From contig DAOUEZ010000003.1 of NCBI GenBank assembly GCA_034429995.1, positions 187 to 64,186 of the forward strand: 64,000 nucleotides of DNA, given 5' to 3'. Below are positions 46,701 to 57,663 of the stretch, piece by piece; position 1 is the stretch's first letter; the number at the start of each line of letters is the position of its first letter. The position numbers were made by a program, and so were the translations under genes. This DNA is from Dehalococcoidia bacterium. GTDB taxonomy: Bacteria; Chloroflexota; Dehalococcoidia; SM23-28-2. The notes under the pieces were generated by a model. The model saw only the letters and a list, made by a program, of their open reading frames with translations. It was not told the origin of the DNA and made no database searches.

Positions 46701-47183
46701 CTAGTACTGGATGAGGGTGCCGCGAAACCTGGCGACCACCCTACCATCCTGGTTCTTGTAGGTGGTTTCGCCGGTGATGAGCAGCATCGGGCCGATGTTT
46801 GCCGTGCGCTCGGAAATGTCAGCGATCTTGGAGGTGCTGGTGAGGACGTCGCCGGCGCAGATCGGCTCATAGTACTCGATGTCGGTGCCGCCGTTGAGGA
46901 TGCGGCGATAGGGGCTCTGGAAGGGCATGATATAGGCCGGGCGCGGCGGCCTGTCCGGTCTGAAGATGGGGTTACCGGGGTTACCCAGGAAGCCCATGGG
47001 GATCGGCAGGTTGCGGTAGCCTTTGCTCTTGGCGTACTCCTCGTCATAGTAGATGAGGTCCGTATAGCCCACGGCGCGGGCGAACACGCGGACGGCCGTC
47101 TTCTCCACCTCGATGGTGGCAGGTTCTGATTCCTGGCCGATGGCCGCTCGCATCTCGTCGGTTATCACTGAGGCTTCAGCCAT
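46701..47183 (-). CDS. MaoC N-terminal-like hotdog protein (partner of the adjacent hydratase)
   Basis: FAS1-like dehydratase N-terminal-type hotdog sequence. The start at ATG 47183 has a GAGGAGG RBS. Confidence 0.65.
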   Translation of the reverse strand: MAEASVITDEMRAAIGQESEPATIEVEKTAVRVFARAVGYTDLIYYDEEYAKSKGYRNLPIPMGFLGNPGNPIFRPDRPPRPAYIMPFQSPYRRILNGGTDIEYYEPICAGDVLTSTSKIADISERTANIGPMLLITGETTYKNQDGRVVARFRGTLIQY

Positions 47184-47270
47184 CTCGCTACCTCCTCGGT
47201 CAAGCCTTGCATCTGCCTGAAGGAGCATACCTCAGGCAAGATAAGCCGTCAATCAATTGGGGGCGAAGGC

Positions 47271-47933
47271 TTAAGTCTGTTCTCTGGCTTCGCTCCGCGC
47301 CCTCAGGTTCACGGCGTGAAAGCGACCGGCCTTGAGCTCCCGCACCAGGTCTTCCACATCGGCGATGGGCCGCTGGAAGCGGGTGGCACAGGTGCCGATG
47401 TCGTTGGGCTCGTGGGCATCACTGCCGGCGACCGCGGGCAGACCCAAGCGAGCGCACAGTTGCCAGGAGAAAAGGTTCTCGTCCTGGGTAGAGCGACCGT
47501 TGATGGCCTCGAGAGCGCACACGCGCTGGAAGGCTGGATTGGCCGCCGCTCGCTCCAGGGCCATCGTCCAGGAGTCATCGTCCATACGAAGCAGGGGCGT
47601 GAGCTGTCGGTAAGGGTGGGGAGCGATCATCACCCCGCCGGCCTCCGCCACGAGCTGGGATAGCTCTGCCAGTCGGTGCATGCCGTCGACGTAGCGGCTG
47701 AGGCCGAAGACAAGGATGTGCTCGTCCTCGGTGTTTACCTCGATGCCGGGGATGATCAGGAAGTTGTGCCGCTCGGCCAGCTCGCGCACCTTATCGGGCT
47801 CCCATGCGAGGTCGTGCTCGGTAAGGCAGACGCCGTCCAGGCCCACAGCCTTGGCCCTCTCGATGAGCTGATCGGGGGAGAGGAAGCTATCGTCGGAGAG
47901 GGGGAAGGTGTGGCAGTGGAGATCGATGAGCAC
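47271..47933 (-). CDS. PHP-domain metal-dependent phosphoesterase
   Basis: LIDLHCHT...GVCLTEHD...GIEV are PHP motifs. Confidence 0.8.
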   Translation of the reverse strand: MLIDLHCHTFPLSDDSFLSPDQLIERAKAVGLDGVCLTEHDLAWEPDKVRELAERHNFLIIPGIEVNTEDEHILVFGLSRYVDGMHRLAELSQLVAEAGGVMIAPHPYRQLTPLLRMDDDSWTMALERAAANPAFQRVCALEAINGRSTQDENLFSWQLCARLGLPAVAGSDAHEPNDIGTCATRFQRPIADVEDLVRELKAGRFHAVNLRARSEAREQT

Positions 47934-47936
47934 GCC

Positions 47937-48407
47937 TCAACCTTCCTTGAGGTCGGCGATGATCGCCCCGCTGGCCTGGGCCAGGCGGCCGGGCTCGACG
48001 GCGAAGACAGTGTTGGGGGTGCCGGCGGCTGCCCACACGGTGTCGTATTGCAGGAGGTCGCGGTCGAAGTAGACGGGCAGGGGTCGCGGGTGGCCGATGG
48101 GTGGCACCCCGCCGATGACGAAGCCGGTGGCGGCTTGCACCTCCTCGGCGGATGCCCGCTGCACCTCTCGCGCCCTCGCCTCGCGGGCGAGCTTGGCGGT
48201 GTCCGTTCGGTTGGGCCCCGAGGCCAGCACCAGGATGGGCTGGCCATCGGCCAGGAAGACCAGAGACTTGACGATCTGCCCCAGGCTCACGCCGATGGCG
48301 TCGGCGGCGTCCTGAGCGGTGCGGGTGCTCTGGTCGAACTGGCGGATGTCGATCTGGATGCCCAGTCGTCGTGCGGCATCCAACACCTTTTGGCTGGCGG
48401 GGTGCAT
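47937..48407 (-). CDS. YbaK/EbsC-type aminoacyl-tRNA deacylase
   Basis: YbaK domain with the GFVIGGVPPIGH motif. Confidence 0.8.
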   Translation of the reverse strand: MHPASQKVLDAARRLGIQIDIRQFDQSTRTAQDAADAIGVSLGQIVKSLVFLADGQPILVLASGPNRTDTAKLAREARAREVQRASAEEVQAATGFVIGGVPPIGHPRPLPVYFDRDLLQYDTVWAAAGTPNTVFAVEPGRLAQASGAIIADLKEG

Positions 48408-48441
48408 GGGCTAAGGCTCCCTGATAGCAGGGCGCGTGCCG

Positions 48442-49692
48442 CTAGTCGCCGAATTGCTCCTTGACGATGCCGAAGGCGACCTCGGTGATCGATAGGGCCT
48501 CGTCGATGTCGGCCTCCTTGTGGGCCGCCGACAGGAACCAGTTGTGGTGGGGATGGAGAAAGACCCCCCGTCGACAGCACTCGCTGCAGAACACGCGGCT
48601 GCGCTGAAAGGCCCCGCCATCGGCATCGAAGGTCATAAATGGGATTGCCGGTGGCCCTGTCTGGGTGATGGCCAGGCCCAGCGAGCTCGCCTGCTGGTCG
48701 AGCCCCTGGCGGAAGCGCATCCCCATTGCCTGCATCTGCTCGATGCCTCCCTCCTCACGCAGGGTATTGATGGTGGCAATAGAGGCGGCCATCGCCACCG
48801 TGGCCGTCCAGTAGGAGCCAGTGAAGAAAATGCCTTGGGCCGCCTGGAGCAACTCCTGGCGGCCGAGGCCTGCCGACAGGGCGTAGCCGTTGGCTATCGC
48901 CTTGCAGTAGCAGGTCAGGTCTGGCCGCAGGCCGAGGAGCTCGCCCGAGCCGCCCAGGTGAAGGCGGAAGCCGCCCCGTATGTCGTCGAGGACGAGGACG
49001 ATGCCCTCTTGGTCGCAGAGTTCCCGCACGCCTTGATGGAAGCCAGGGGCGGGCATCTCCTGGTCATGAAAGAAGTCGTGTCGGAAGGGGCAGAGGATAA
49101 GAGCGGCGACTTCTCCTTGGTTCTCGGCTGCGACCCGGCGCAGGTCGTCGAGGTCATTGTAGCGGAAGGTGAGGACGTTCGCCCGGTCAGCCTCGGGGAT
49201 GCCGCTGGGAACTGGCGTGCACCAGGGGTGAGTCCCGTGGTAGGCGCCAGCGGCCATGATCACCTTCGTGCGGTGGGTATGGGCACGGGCGACGGCAAGC
49301 GCCCAGCTTGTCACGTCCGAGCCATTCTTGGCGAAGACTACCCAGTCGGCGATGGGAGTAATGTCGACGAGCAGCTCGGCCAGATCTACCCAGACCTGGC
49401 CGGGCAGGTTCTGGCAGTCGGCCTGGCTGCGCTGGGCGCGCGCTGCTTCCTCTACCCGCGGGTGGTTATGGCCGAGGACAATGGGCCCGTAGGAGCACAT
49501 GAAGTCGATGTAGGCGTTCCCGTCCACATCCCAGATGCGACAGCCTTCGCCGCGGGCCATAAAGCTTGGGTAGGCGCCGGGCACGAGCAACACCGGGCTC
49601 TGGTGGCCATAGATCCCTGTGGGGATCACCTTGCGGGCACGGGCCATCAGCGCGTCGCTGCGATCGAACTTGTAGAGATCATCAGGGGGCAT
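48442..49692 (-). CDS. Class-III (omega / GSA-aminomutase-like) aminotransferase
   Basis: Aspartate aminotransferase fold type I class III (LVLDDIRGGFR). The start at ATG 49692 has a GGAGGAG RBS. Confidence 0.75.
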   Translation of the reverse strand: MPPDDLYKFDRSDALMARARKVIPTGIYGHQSPVLLVPGAYPSFMARGEGCRIWDVDGNAYIDFMCSYGPIVLGHNHPRVEEAARAQRSQADCQNLPGQVWVDLAELLVDITPIADWVVFAKNGSDVTSWALAVARAHTHRTKVIMAAGAYHGTHPWCTPVPSGIPEADRANVLTFRYNDLDDLRRVAAENQGEVAALILCPFRHDFFHDQEMPAPGFHQGVRELCDQEGIVLVLDDIRGGFRLHLGGSGELLGLRPDLTCYCKAIANGYALSAGLGRQELLQAAQGIFFTGSYWTATVAMAASIATINTLREEGGIEQMQAMGMRFRQGLDQQASSLGLAITQTGPPAIPFMTFDADGGAFQRSRVFCSECCRRGVFLHPHHNWFLSAAHKEADIDEALSITEVAFGIVKEQFGD

Positions 49693-49956
49693 AATCACTC
49701 CTCCGTCGAACCGATAGGCCTGATGTGTGCTCCAGGCAAAGGGCGCGCGTATCTCGCTGGTCACCACAGCCAGCGCCGCCGAATTCGTCTAGCTGACCGC
49801 CGCTACGGCGCCCAAAGGGAGACTCCCAAATAATGGATCACGCTGGGAACGTTGTCAAACCAGCGCCGCTATCGCAGGAGCGACGGTTGCTGCTACGTAT
49901 ACCCTATGCTATAGTACCGCGAAGCTAAGCGATGAATTTCACAAAGAAGGTAGGGG

Positions 49957-50328
49957 ATGCTTTCCGACTACGGACAAGTAGGCTTTCTTCTGGCTGTTGC
50001 CATCGCCTTCCCTCTGGCTGCTGTTTTCACCTCTTGGCTACTCGTCCGCCTGCGTGTCCGCGTCGACAAGCCCGACCCCATCAAGGAAGACACCTACGAG
50101 TGCGGCGTTACCACCGAGGGTAGCGCCTGGGGGCAGTTCAACTTCCGCTACTATTTCTTTGCCCTCCTGTTTGTCATCTTCGACGTTGAGGCCGTTTTCC
50201 TCTATCCCTGGGCGGTAGCCTTCCGCAAGGTGGCCGTCTACGGTTTCGTGGAGGTGGTCACCTTCGTCATCATCCTGACCATCGGCCTGGCCTATGCCTG
50301 GCGAAAGAAGGCGCTGGAGTGGCAGTGA
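49957..50328 (+). CDS. nuoA: NADH-quinone oxidoreductase subunit A
   Basis: Sequence YECGVTTEGSAWGQFNFRYYFFALLFVIFDVEAVFLYPWAV. Confidence 0.9.
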   Translation: MLSDYGQVGFLLAVAIAFPLAAVFTSWLLVRLRVRVDKPDPIKEDTYECGVTTEGSAWGQFNFRYYFFALLFVIFDVEAVFLYPWAVAFRKVAVYGFVEVVTFVIILTIGLAYAWRKKALEWQ

Positions 50329-50354
50329 GAGTGGCAAGCGCTGGCTAGTGGGCG

Positions 50355-50846
50355 ATGTCGCGGCTGCTTGATGGCCTGGAGGTAGGGGAGAGAATCGGCC
50401 AACGCGTCCCGGAGGCGGTGGTAGAGGCTACGCCCCAATGGGTGGTGGCCCACCCCGAGAAGCTGGTGGCTGTGACCACCTACCTCCGCGATGATGGTGA
50501 GCTGGACTTCCGCTTCCTCATCGGCGTGACCGCAGTGGACCATTTGGACCACTTCGAAGTCGTCTATCATCTTCAGTCCCTCTCCCACAACCACATGCTG
50601 ACCCTGAAGACGCGGGCTCTTGACCACAAGAACCCAGAGGTGCCGTCGCTGGTTTCCGTCTGGCGGGGCGCCGAACTCCAGGAGCGAGAGGTGTACGACC
50701 TGATGGGCATCCGCTTCGCTGGCCACCCCGACCTGCGGAGGGTCTTCCTGTGGGAAGGTTTCCCCGGCCATCCGCTGCGCAAGGACTGGCTGGAGATGCC
50801 GGGTGGCCTCACCCCAGGGTTGGGGAGATTCCCTGGCGAGGACTAG
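50355..50846 (+). CDS. nuoC: NADH-quinone oxidoreductase subunit C (30 kDa)
   Basis: The signature region [23 protein letters not shown]. Confidence 0.85.
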   Translation: MSRLLDGLEVGERIGQRVPEAVVEATPQWVVAHPEKLVAVTTYLRDDGELDFRFLIGVTAVDHLDHFEVVYHLQSLSHNHMLTLKTRALDHKNPEVPSLVSVWRGAELQEREVYDLMGIRFAGHPDLRRVFLWEGFPGHPLRKDWLEMPGGLTPGLGRFPGED

Positions 50847-50856
50847 AGAGCGTGCC

Positions 50857-51960
50857 ATGAGCATGAGAACCGAGCCGTTTGTGGTGAACGTGGGGCCTCA
50901 GCATCCCAGCACCCACGGCGTCTTTCGCCTGCGCCTCACCCTGGACGGCGAGAAGATCATCGACGCCGAGATGGTGGTGGGCTATCTCCACCGCAGCGTG
51001 GAGAAGCTGGCCGAGGGACGCACATACACTCAGAACATCCCCTTCACCGACCGCCTCGACTATCTGTCGGCTATGTCCAACAATCTGGCCTACTGCATGG
51101 CGGTGGAGAAACTGGTGGGCATCGAGGTTCCCGAGCGGGGCCAGTTCCTGCGGGTGATCATGGCCGAGTTCCAGCGCATCGCCAATCACGCCATGGCCAT
51201 CGGCTCTTTTGCCGGGGAGTGCGGCGTCTGGTTCACCCCCCTGATGTGGATGTTCCGCGAGAGGGAGAAGATCCTCGACCTGTTTGAGATGACCTGCGGC
51301 GCTCGCCTGACTACCAACTATGTGCGTATCGGCGGCGTTTCCTTCGACATCCCACCCGAGTTCATGCCTGCCGCCAAGGCGCTGGTGAAGGAGCTGCCCG
51401 AACGCATCGCGGAGTACGAGGCGCTTCTGCTGGAGAACGAGATCATAGTCGTTCGCTCGCGGGACGTGGGCGTTCTGCCGCCCGAGCTGGCCATCGCCGC
51501 TTCGACGAGCGGGCCAGTGCTGCGGGGCAGTGGCGTGATGTGGGACATCCGCAAGGCCGACCCCTACGCCGTCTACGATCGGCTGGACTTCGACATCCCG
51601 GTGGGCACTCGCGGCGACTGCTACGATCGCTTCCTGGTGCGCATGGAGGAGCTGCGCCAGAGCGTACGCATCCTGGAGCAGGCCCTCGACATGCTGCCGG
51701 GCGGCCCGGCCAGCGTGGAGGTTCCTCTGGCTCTGCGACCGCCGGTGGGCGAGGCGTACGCGCGCATCGAGGCGCCCAAGGGGGAGCTGGGCTTCTACCT
51801 GGTGAGTGACGGCAGCCCTCATCCCCAGCGGTTTCACATTCGCTCTCCCTCCTACATCAATCTGACACCGCTGCGGGATATGGTGCTGGGCCTGACCGTG
51901 CCCGACGCCATCATCACCCTGGGCAGTATCGACATCGTCCTGGGCGAGGTTGACCGCTGA
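50857..51960 (+). CDS. nuoD: NADH-quinone oxidoreductase subunit D (49 kDa)
   Basis: Motifs NVGPQHPSTHGVFRL and HRSVEKL. The start is placed at ATG 50857, immediately after the nuoC stop. Confidence 0.9.
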   Translation: MSMRTEPFVVNVGPQHPSTHGVFRLRLTLDGEKIIDAEMVVGYLHRSVEKLAEGRTYTQNIPFTDRLDYLSAMSNNLAYCMAVEKLVGIEVPERGQFLRVIMAEFQRIANHAMAIGSFAGECGVWFTPLMWMFREREKILDLFEMTCGARLTTNYVRIGGVSFDIPPEFMPAAKALVKELPERIAEYEALLLENEIIVVRSRDVGVLPPELAIAASTSGPVLRGSGVMWDIRKADPYAVYDRLDFDIPVGTRGDCYDRFLVRMEELRQSVRILEQALDMLPGGPASVEVPLALRPPVGEAYARIEAPKGELGFYLVSDGSPHPQRFHIRSPSYINLTPLRDMVLGLTVPDAIITLGSIDIVLGEVDR

Positions 51961-53201
51961 TGGTCTTCCTGGCCGAGTGGTGGGACCTGCGCGACCTGGG
52001 CAACGGCGTCGGGGCGTTCCTGGAATGGCTGGGCGACCACGGCCCCGACTGGCTGCCCTACACCGTATCGGCGATCGTCGGCTCCATTACCCTGCTTGTC
52101 TTCCTGTTGACCAGCCTGCTCATGGTTGCCTGGGTGGAGCGGCGACTGCTTGGCCGTATCCAGGCGCGGCTGGGCCCGAACAGGGTTGGGCCCTGGGGAG
52201 TGTTCCAGAGCATCGCCGACGCCATCAAGATGCTCACCAAGGAAGCCATCACCAGCGCCAACGTCGATCGCTGGGTCTTCTGGCTGGCGCCGATATTGGT
52301 AGCGGTTCCGGCGCTCGTGGTGTTCGCTGTCCTCCCTTTCAACGAGGGCATGGTGCTGGCCGACCTGAACGTCGGTGTCCTCTTCCTGGTCGCCATCGGC
52401 TCGGTCACCGCCATCCCTATATTCATGGCCGGCTGGTCCTCCAACAACAAGTTCTCTTTGATGGGGGCCATGCGGGAAGTGGCCATGCTCATCAGCTACG
52501 AGATACCACAGGTGCTGGCTCTGCTGGGGGTGGTGATCTTCACCAACACCATGAGGATGAACGGCATCGTGGGCTGGCAGGATGAACACAACACCTGGCT
52601 GATCTTCCTGCAGCCGCTGGCCGTCCTCATCTACTTCATCGCAGGCGCGGTGGAGATCAACCGCACGCCTACTGATATCGCCGAGGCGGAGTCGGAGATT
52701 GTAGCCGGCTACCATACCGAGTACTCAGGGATAAAGTTCGGCATGTTCTGGGTCGGTGAATACTTTGCTGGCTTCGCCATCGCCGCGATCGTCGCCACGC
52801 TTTATCTAGGCGGCTGGACCCTCTGGGGTTTGGAGGAGTGGGTGCCCGGCTGGATCATTTTCCTGGGCAAGCTTTACGGTTTGTTTTGGCTCTTCATCTG
52901 GATGCGGGGTACGCTGCCCCGCCTGCGCATCGACCAGCTCATGGGCTTCGCCTGGAAGTTCCTCCTGCCTCTGGCCCTGATCAACATCTTCTTTGCCGGT
53001 CTAGAGGTTCTTCTCTGGCAGGAGAACGACCTGGCGGCGGAGGCGGTGCTGCCGGGCTTCGCCATCGCCAACCTGGTGCTGGCCGTGGTCCTGATAGTGA
53101 CGTGGGCCCAACTGCTGGGACGGGGCCGGCCTCAGTACCGACCGACGCGGGCTCGGCTGGTCAAGGAACTGGGGGCTGTGGTGTACGGGGAGGAGGCCTA
53201 A
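51960..53201 (+). CDS. nuoH: NADH-quinone oxidoreductase subunit H
   Basis: Motifs ERRLLGRIQARLGPNRVGPWG and FWLAPIL. Confidence 0.9.
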   Translation: MVFLAEWWDLRDLGNGVGAFLEWLGDHGPDWLPYTVSAIVGSITLLVFLLTSLLMVAWVERRLLGRIQARLGPNRVGPWGVFQSIADAIKMLTKEAITSANVDRWVFWLAPILVAVPALVVFAVLPFNEGMVLADLNVGVLFLVAIGSVTAIPIFMAGWSSNNKFSLMGAMREVAMLISYEIPQVLALLGVVIFTNTMRMNGIVGWQDEHNTWLIFLQPLAVLIYFIAGAVEINRTPTDIAEAESEIVAGYHTEYSGIKFGMFWVGEYFAGFAIAAIVATLYLGGWTLWGLEEWVPGWIIFLGKLYGLFWLFIWMRGTLPRLRIDQLMGFAWKFLLPLALINIFFAGLEVLLWQENDLAAEAVLPGFAIANLVLAVVLIVTWAQLLGRGRPQYRPTRARLVKELGAVVYGEEA

Positions 53202-53213
53202 GGGAGCGCACTG

Positions 53214-53732
53214 ATGGAGGTCGTCGGTTCAAGCGTAGGCTTCGAGGACGTCGGTTCAATCGTAGCCTTCTGGATGCTGTCGGTGATGACGGTGGGGGCG
53301 GCCCTGATGGTGGTGGCCGTGCGCAACCTTATCCACGCCGTTCTGTTCCTGATCCTGAGCTTCATCGGCGTGGCCGGACTGTACCTCACCCTCTCCGCCG
53401 ACTTCGTGGCGGTCACCCAGATCCTGATCTATGCCGGGGCGATCCCTGTGCTCATCCTGTTCGCTGTTATGCTCACCCCGAGGGCAGGCCGCGATAACGC
53501 CGAGACTTTCCTCCAGGCGCCCGGCCTGGTGCTGGCGGCGCTGGTCGCTGTGACCATGGGGGCGATAGCCCTGGTCACCGACTGGAATGAGGCTACCCGT
53601 GGTCCCTTCTCGGAGACAGCCGAAGCCATCGGCGAGGCGCTCCTCGACAAGTATGTCCTGCCCTTTGAGATCGCCTCCGTGGTTCTGTTGGCGGCGATGG
53701 TGGGGGCCATCGTCCTGGTGCGGGAGGACTAG
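53214..53732 (+). CDS. nuoJ: NADH-quinone oxidoreductase subunit J
   Basis: NuoJ-type TM protein (VRNLIHAVLFLILSFIGVAGLY). Confidence 0.85.
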   Translation: MEVVGSSVGFEDVGSIVAFWMLSVMTVGAALMVVAVRNLIHAVLFLILSFIGVAGLYLTLSADFVAVTQILIYAGAIPVLILFAVMLTPRAGRDNAETFLQAPGLVLAALVAVTMGAIALVTDWNEATRGPFSETAEAIGEALLDKYVLPFEIASVVLLAAMVGAIVLVRED

Positions 53733-53735
53733 GCG

Positions 53736-54050
53736 GTGTCGGTGGAGCTGAGCCACTACCTTATGGTGGGGGCCATCCTCTTCTCCATCGGCCTGTATGT
53801 GGCCCTGGCCAAGCGCAATGCCGTGGGCATCCTCATGGGCATCGAGCTCATGTTCAACGCTGTGAACCTGACGCTCATCTCGTTCTCTCGCTTCGTCAGC
53901 CCGCCGACGGACGTCAGCGGCCATGTGTTCGTGGTATTTGTGATTACGGTGGCGGCCGCCGAGGCAGCGCTGGCGCTCGCCCTGGCGGTGGTGGTCTACC
54001 GCAACCGGGAGACTATCGACATCGACAAGATCAATCTGATGAGGTGGTAG
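53736..54050 (+). CDS. nuoK: NADH-quinone oxidoreductase subunit K
   Basis: Sequence GILMGIELMFNAVNLTLISF. Confidence 0.9.
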   Translation: MSVELSHYLMVGAILFSIGLYVALAKRNAVGILMGIELMFNAVNLTLISFSRFVSPPTDVSGHVFVVFVITVAAAEAALALALAVVVYRNRETIDIDKINLMRW

Positions 54051-54056
54051 GGCGCT

Positions 54057-54254
54057 ATGTGGGTGGAGCTGATGGAGGTCAAGAACGGCTACATAGCCGA
54101 GACATGGAAGGAGCTGTTCAACGCCGAGGGTCTGGCCGTGCGGGTGGTGCCCTTATCGGGGGAGTGGAGCGAGGCGGGCGAGCTAGAGCCGCGCAAGCTG
54201 TACGTGCCTCAAGGCAAGCTGCACGTGGCCAAGGAGATCCTGAGGAAGATCTAG
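54057..54254 (+). CDS. Small (65 aa) DUF2007-like protein inserted between nuoK and nuoL
   Basis: ATG 9 nt after the nuoK stop, with a GAGGTGG RBS. The sequence MWVELMEVKNGYIAETWKELFNAEGLAVRVVPLSGEWSEAGELEPRKLYVPQGKLHVAKEILRKI fits the DUF2007 pattern (...A..L..EGI...... L.VP....A.EIL). Family assignment is from memory. Confidence 0.5.
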   Translation: MWVELMEVKNGYIAETWKELFNAEGLAVRVVPLSGEWSEAGELEPRKLYVPQGKLHVAKEILRKI

Positions 54255-54263
54255 AAGCGAACA

Positions 54264-56180
<1,917 letters not shown>

Positions 56181-56192
56181 GGGAAGGCGACC

Positions 56193-57662
56193 GTGTTATC
56201 GTTCATCGTTTTCTTCCCCTTGCTGGGGATCGCCACCATAGCCTTCCTCCCGAGGGAGAGGGAGCGCGACGCCAAGTGGGTGGCAGCGGGCACGGCGTTC
56301 GTCGTGCTTGTCGCCGCCTTGGTCCTCTTCGGTCGTTTCGACCGTGACCAAACCGAGCCCATCTTTCAGTTCGTTCAGGGCCACACCTGGATCAGCGGCG
56401 ACATCGCCCACTTCGACGTCCAGTACCTGCTTGGCGTCGATGGCTTGAGCATGGCCATGGTGGTGCTCACCGCCCTGCTGGGCCTGGTGGCGGTGCTCAT
56501 CTCCTGGAACATCGAGCTGCGGCCCAAGGAGTACTTCGCCTGGCTGCTACTGCTGGAGATGAGCCTTCTGGGCGTGTTCACCGCTCTGGACTTCCTGCTG
56601 TTCTTTATCTTCTGGGAGATCGAGCTAATCCCCATGTACTTCCTCATCTCCATCTGGGGCACCGGCCGCAAGGTCTACTCGGCGTGGAAGTACGTCTTCT
56701 TCACCTTCTTCGGCAGCGCCTTCATGCTGGTGGGCCTGCTGGTGCTGGGCTTCGCCGCTGACACCTTCGACATTAGGGTCCTAAGCCAGATGGAGATCCG
56801 CGATGCGCTGGTGCCGACCCAGGTGCTCTTCTTCTTCCTGATCTTCGGATTCGCTATCAAGCTGCCGGTGTTCCCCTTTCACACCTGGCTCCCCGACGCT
56901 CATACGGACGCGCCCACGGCAGTGAGTGTGATGCTGGCGGGGGTGCTTCTGAAGATGGGCGGCTACGGCATGCTGCGCGTGTGCCTGAGCATCCTTCCCG
57001 ACGTGGCCCGCGATGCCAGCGTGTGGCTGGCCGTCTTCGGGGTGGTGAACATCCTCTACGGGGCGATGGTCACCCTGATCCAGACCGACCTGAAACGGCT
57101 GATCGCGTACAGCAGCATCAGCCATATGGGGTATGTGCTGCTGGGCCTCTCCGCCCTGGGGCAGGTGGGCCTGACGGGGGCGGGCATGCAGATGTTCACC
57201 CATGGTCTGATCACTGGCCTCCTGTTCGTTGTGGTGGGGATGGTCTACGATCGCGCCCACACCCGCCAGATCGGGGAGCTGTCGGGCCTGGCCCACCAGA
57301 TGCCGATGATCGCCGTGGTCATGGTCATCGCCGGGCTGGCGTCGCTGGGCTTGCCCAGCATGGCTGGCTTCGTATCGGAGGTGATGGTCTTCCTGGGCAC
57401 CTTCGACAAGCACGGGGCGCTGACGATCCTGGGGGTGATTGGCATCCTGCTGACGGCGGGCTACATCCTGTGGATGATCCAGCGGGTGTTCCTGGGCGAG
57501 CGTGTGCCTCGCTGGGAGGGCCTGGGCGACGCCACCGCCTGGTGGGAGCGAACGGCCCTGGTAGTCATGGTGGCCGTCATCTTTCTCATCGGCATCTATC
57601 CGGCGGTGCTGGCCGATGTCATCGAGACCGGTGTGCAGCCCATTGTAGTAAGGCTGGCCTGA
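56193..57662 (+). CDS. nuoM: NADH-quinone oxidoreductase subunit M
   Basis: Motif HTWLPDAHTDAPTAVSVMLAGVLLKMGGYG. GTG start. Confidence 0.9.
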   Translation: MLSFIVFFPLLGIATIAFLPRERERDAKWVAAGTAFVVLVAALVLFGRFDRDQTEPIFQFVQGHTWISGDIAHFDVQYLLGVDGLSMAMVVLTALLGLVAVLISWNIELRPKEYFAWLLLLEMSLLGVFTALDFLLFFIFWEIELIPMYFLISIWGTGRKVYSAWKYVFFTFFGSAFMLVGLLVLGFAADTFDIRVLSQMEIRDALVPTQVLFFFLIFGFAIKLPVFPFHTWLPDAHTDAPTAVSVMLAGVLLKMGGYGMLRVCLSILPDVARDASVWLAVFGVVNILYGAMVTLIQTDLKRLIAYSSISHMGYVLLGLSALGQVGLTGAGMQMFTHGLITGLLFVVVGMVYDRAHTRQIGELSGLAHQMPMIAVVMVIAGLASLGLPSMAGFVSEVMVFLGTFDKHGALTILGVIGILLTAGYILWMIQRVFLGERVPRWEGLGDATAWWERTALVVMVAVIFLIGIYPAVLADVIETGVQPIVVRLA

Positions 57663-57663
57663 G

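Noticed and set aside
50329-50354. Hidden nuoB between nuoA and nuoC, or nuoI between nuoH and nuoJ
   Set aside because: The gaps are 26 nt and 12 nt, and no overlapping frame encodes the CCxxE / Fe-S cysteine motifs of NuoB or NuoI. The genes are genuinely absent from this locus.
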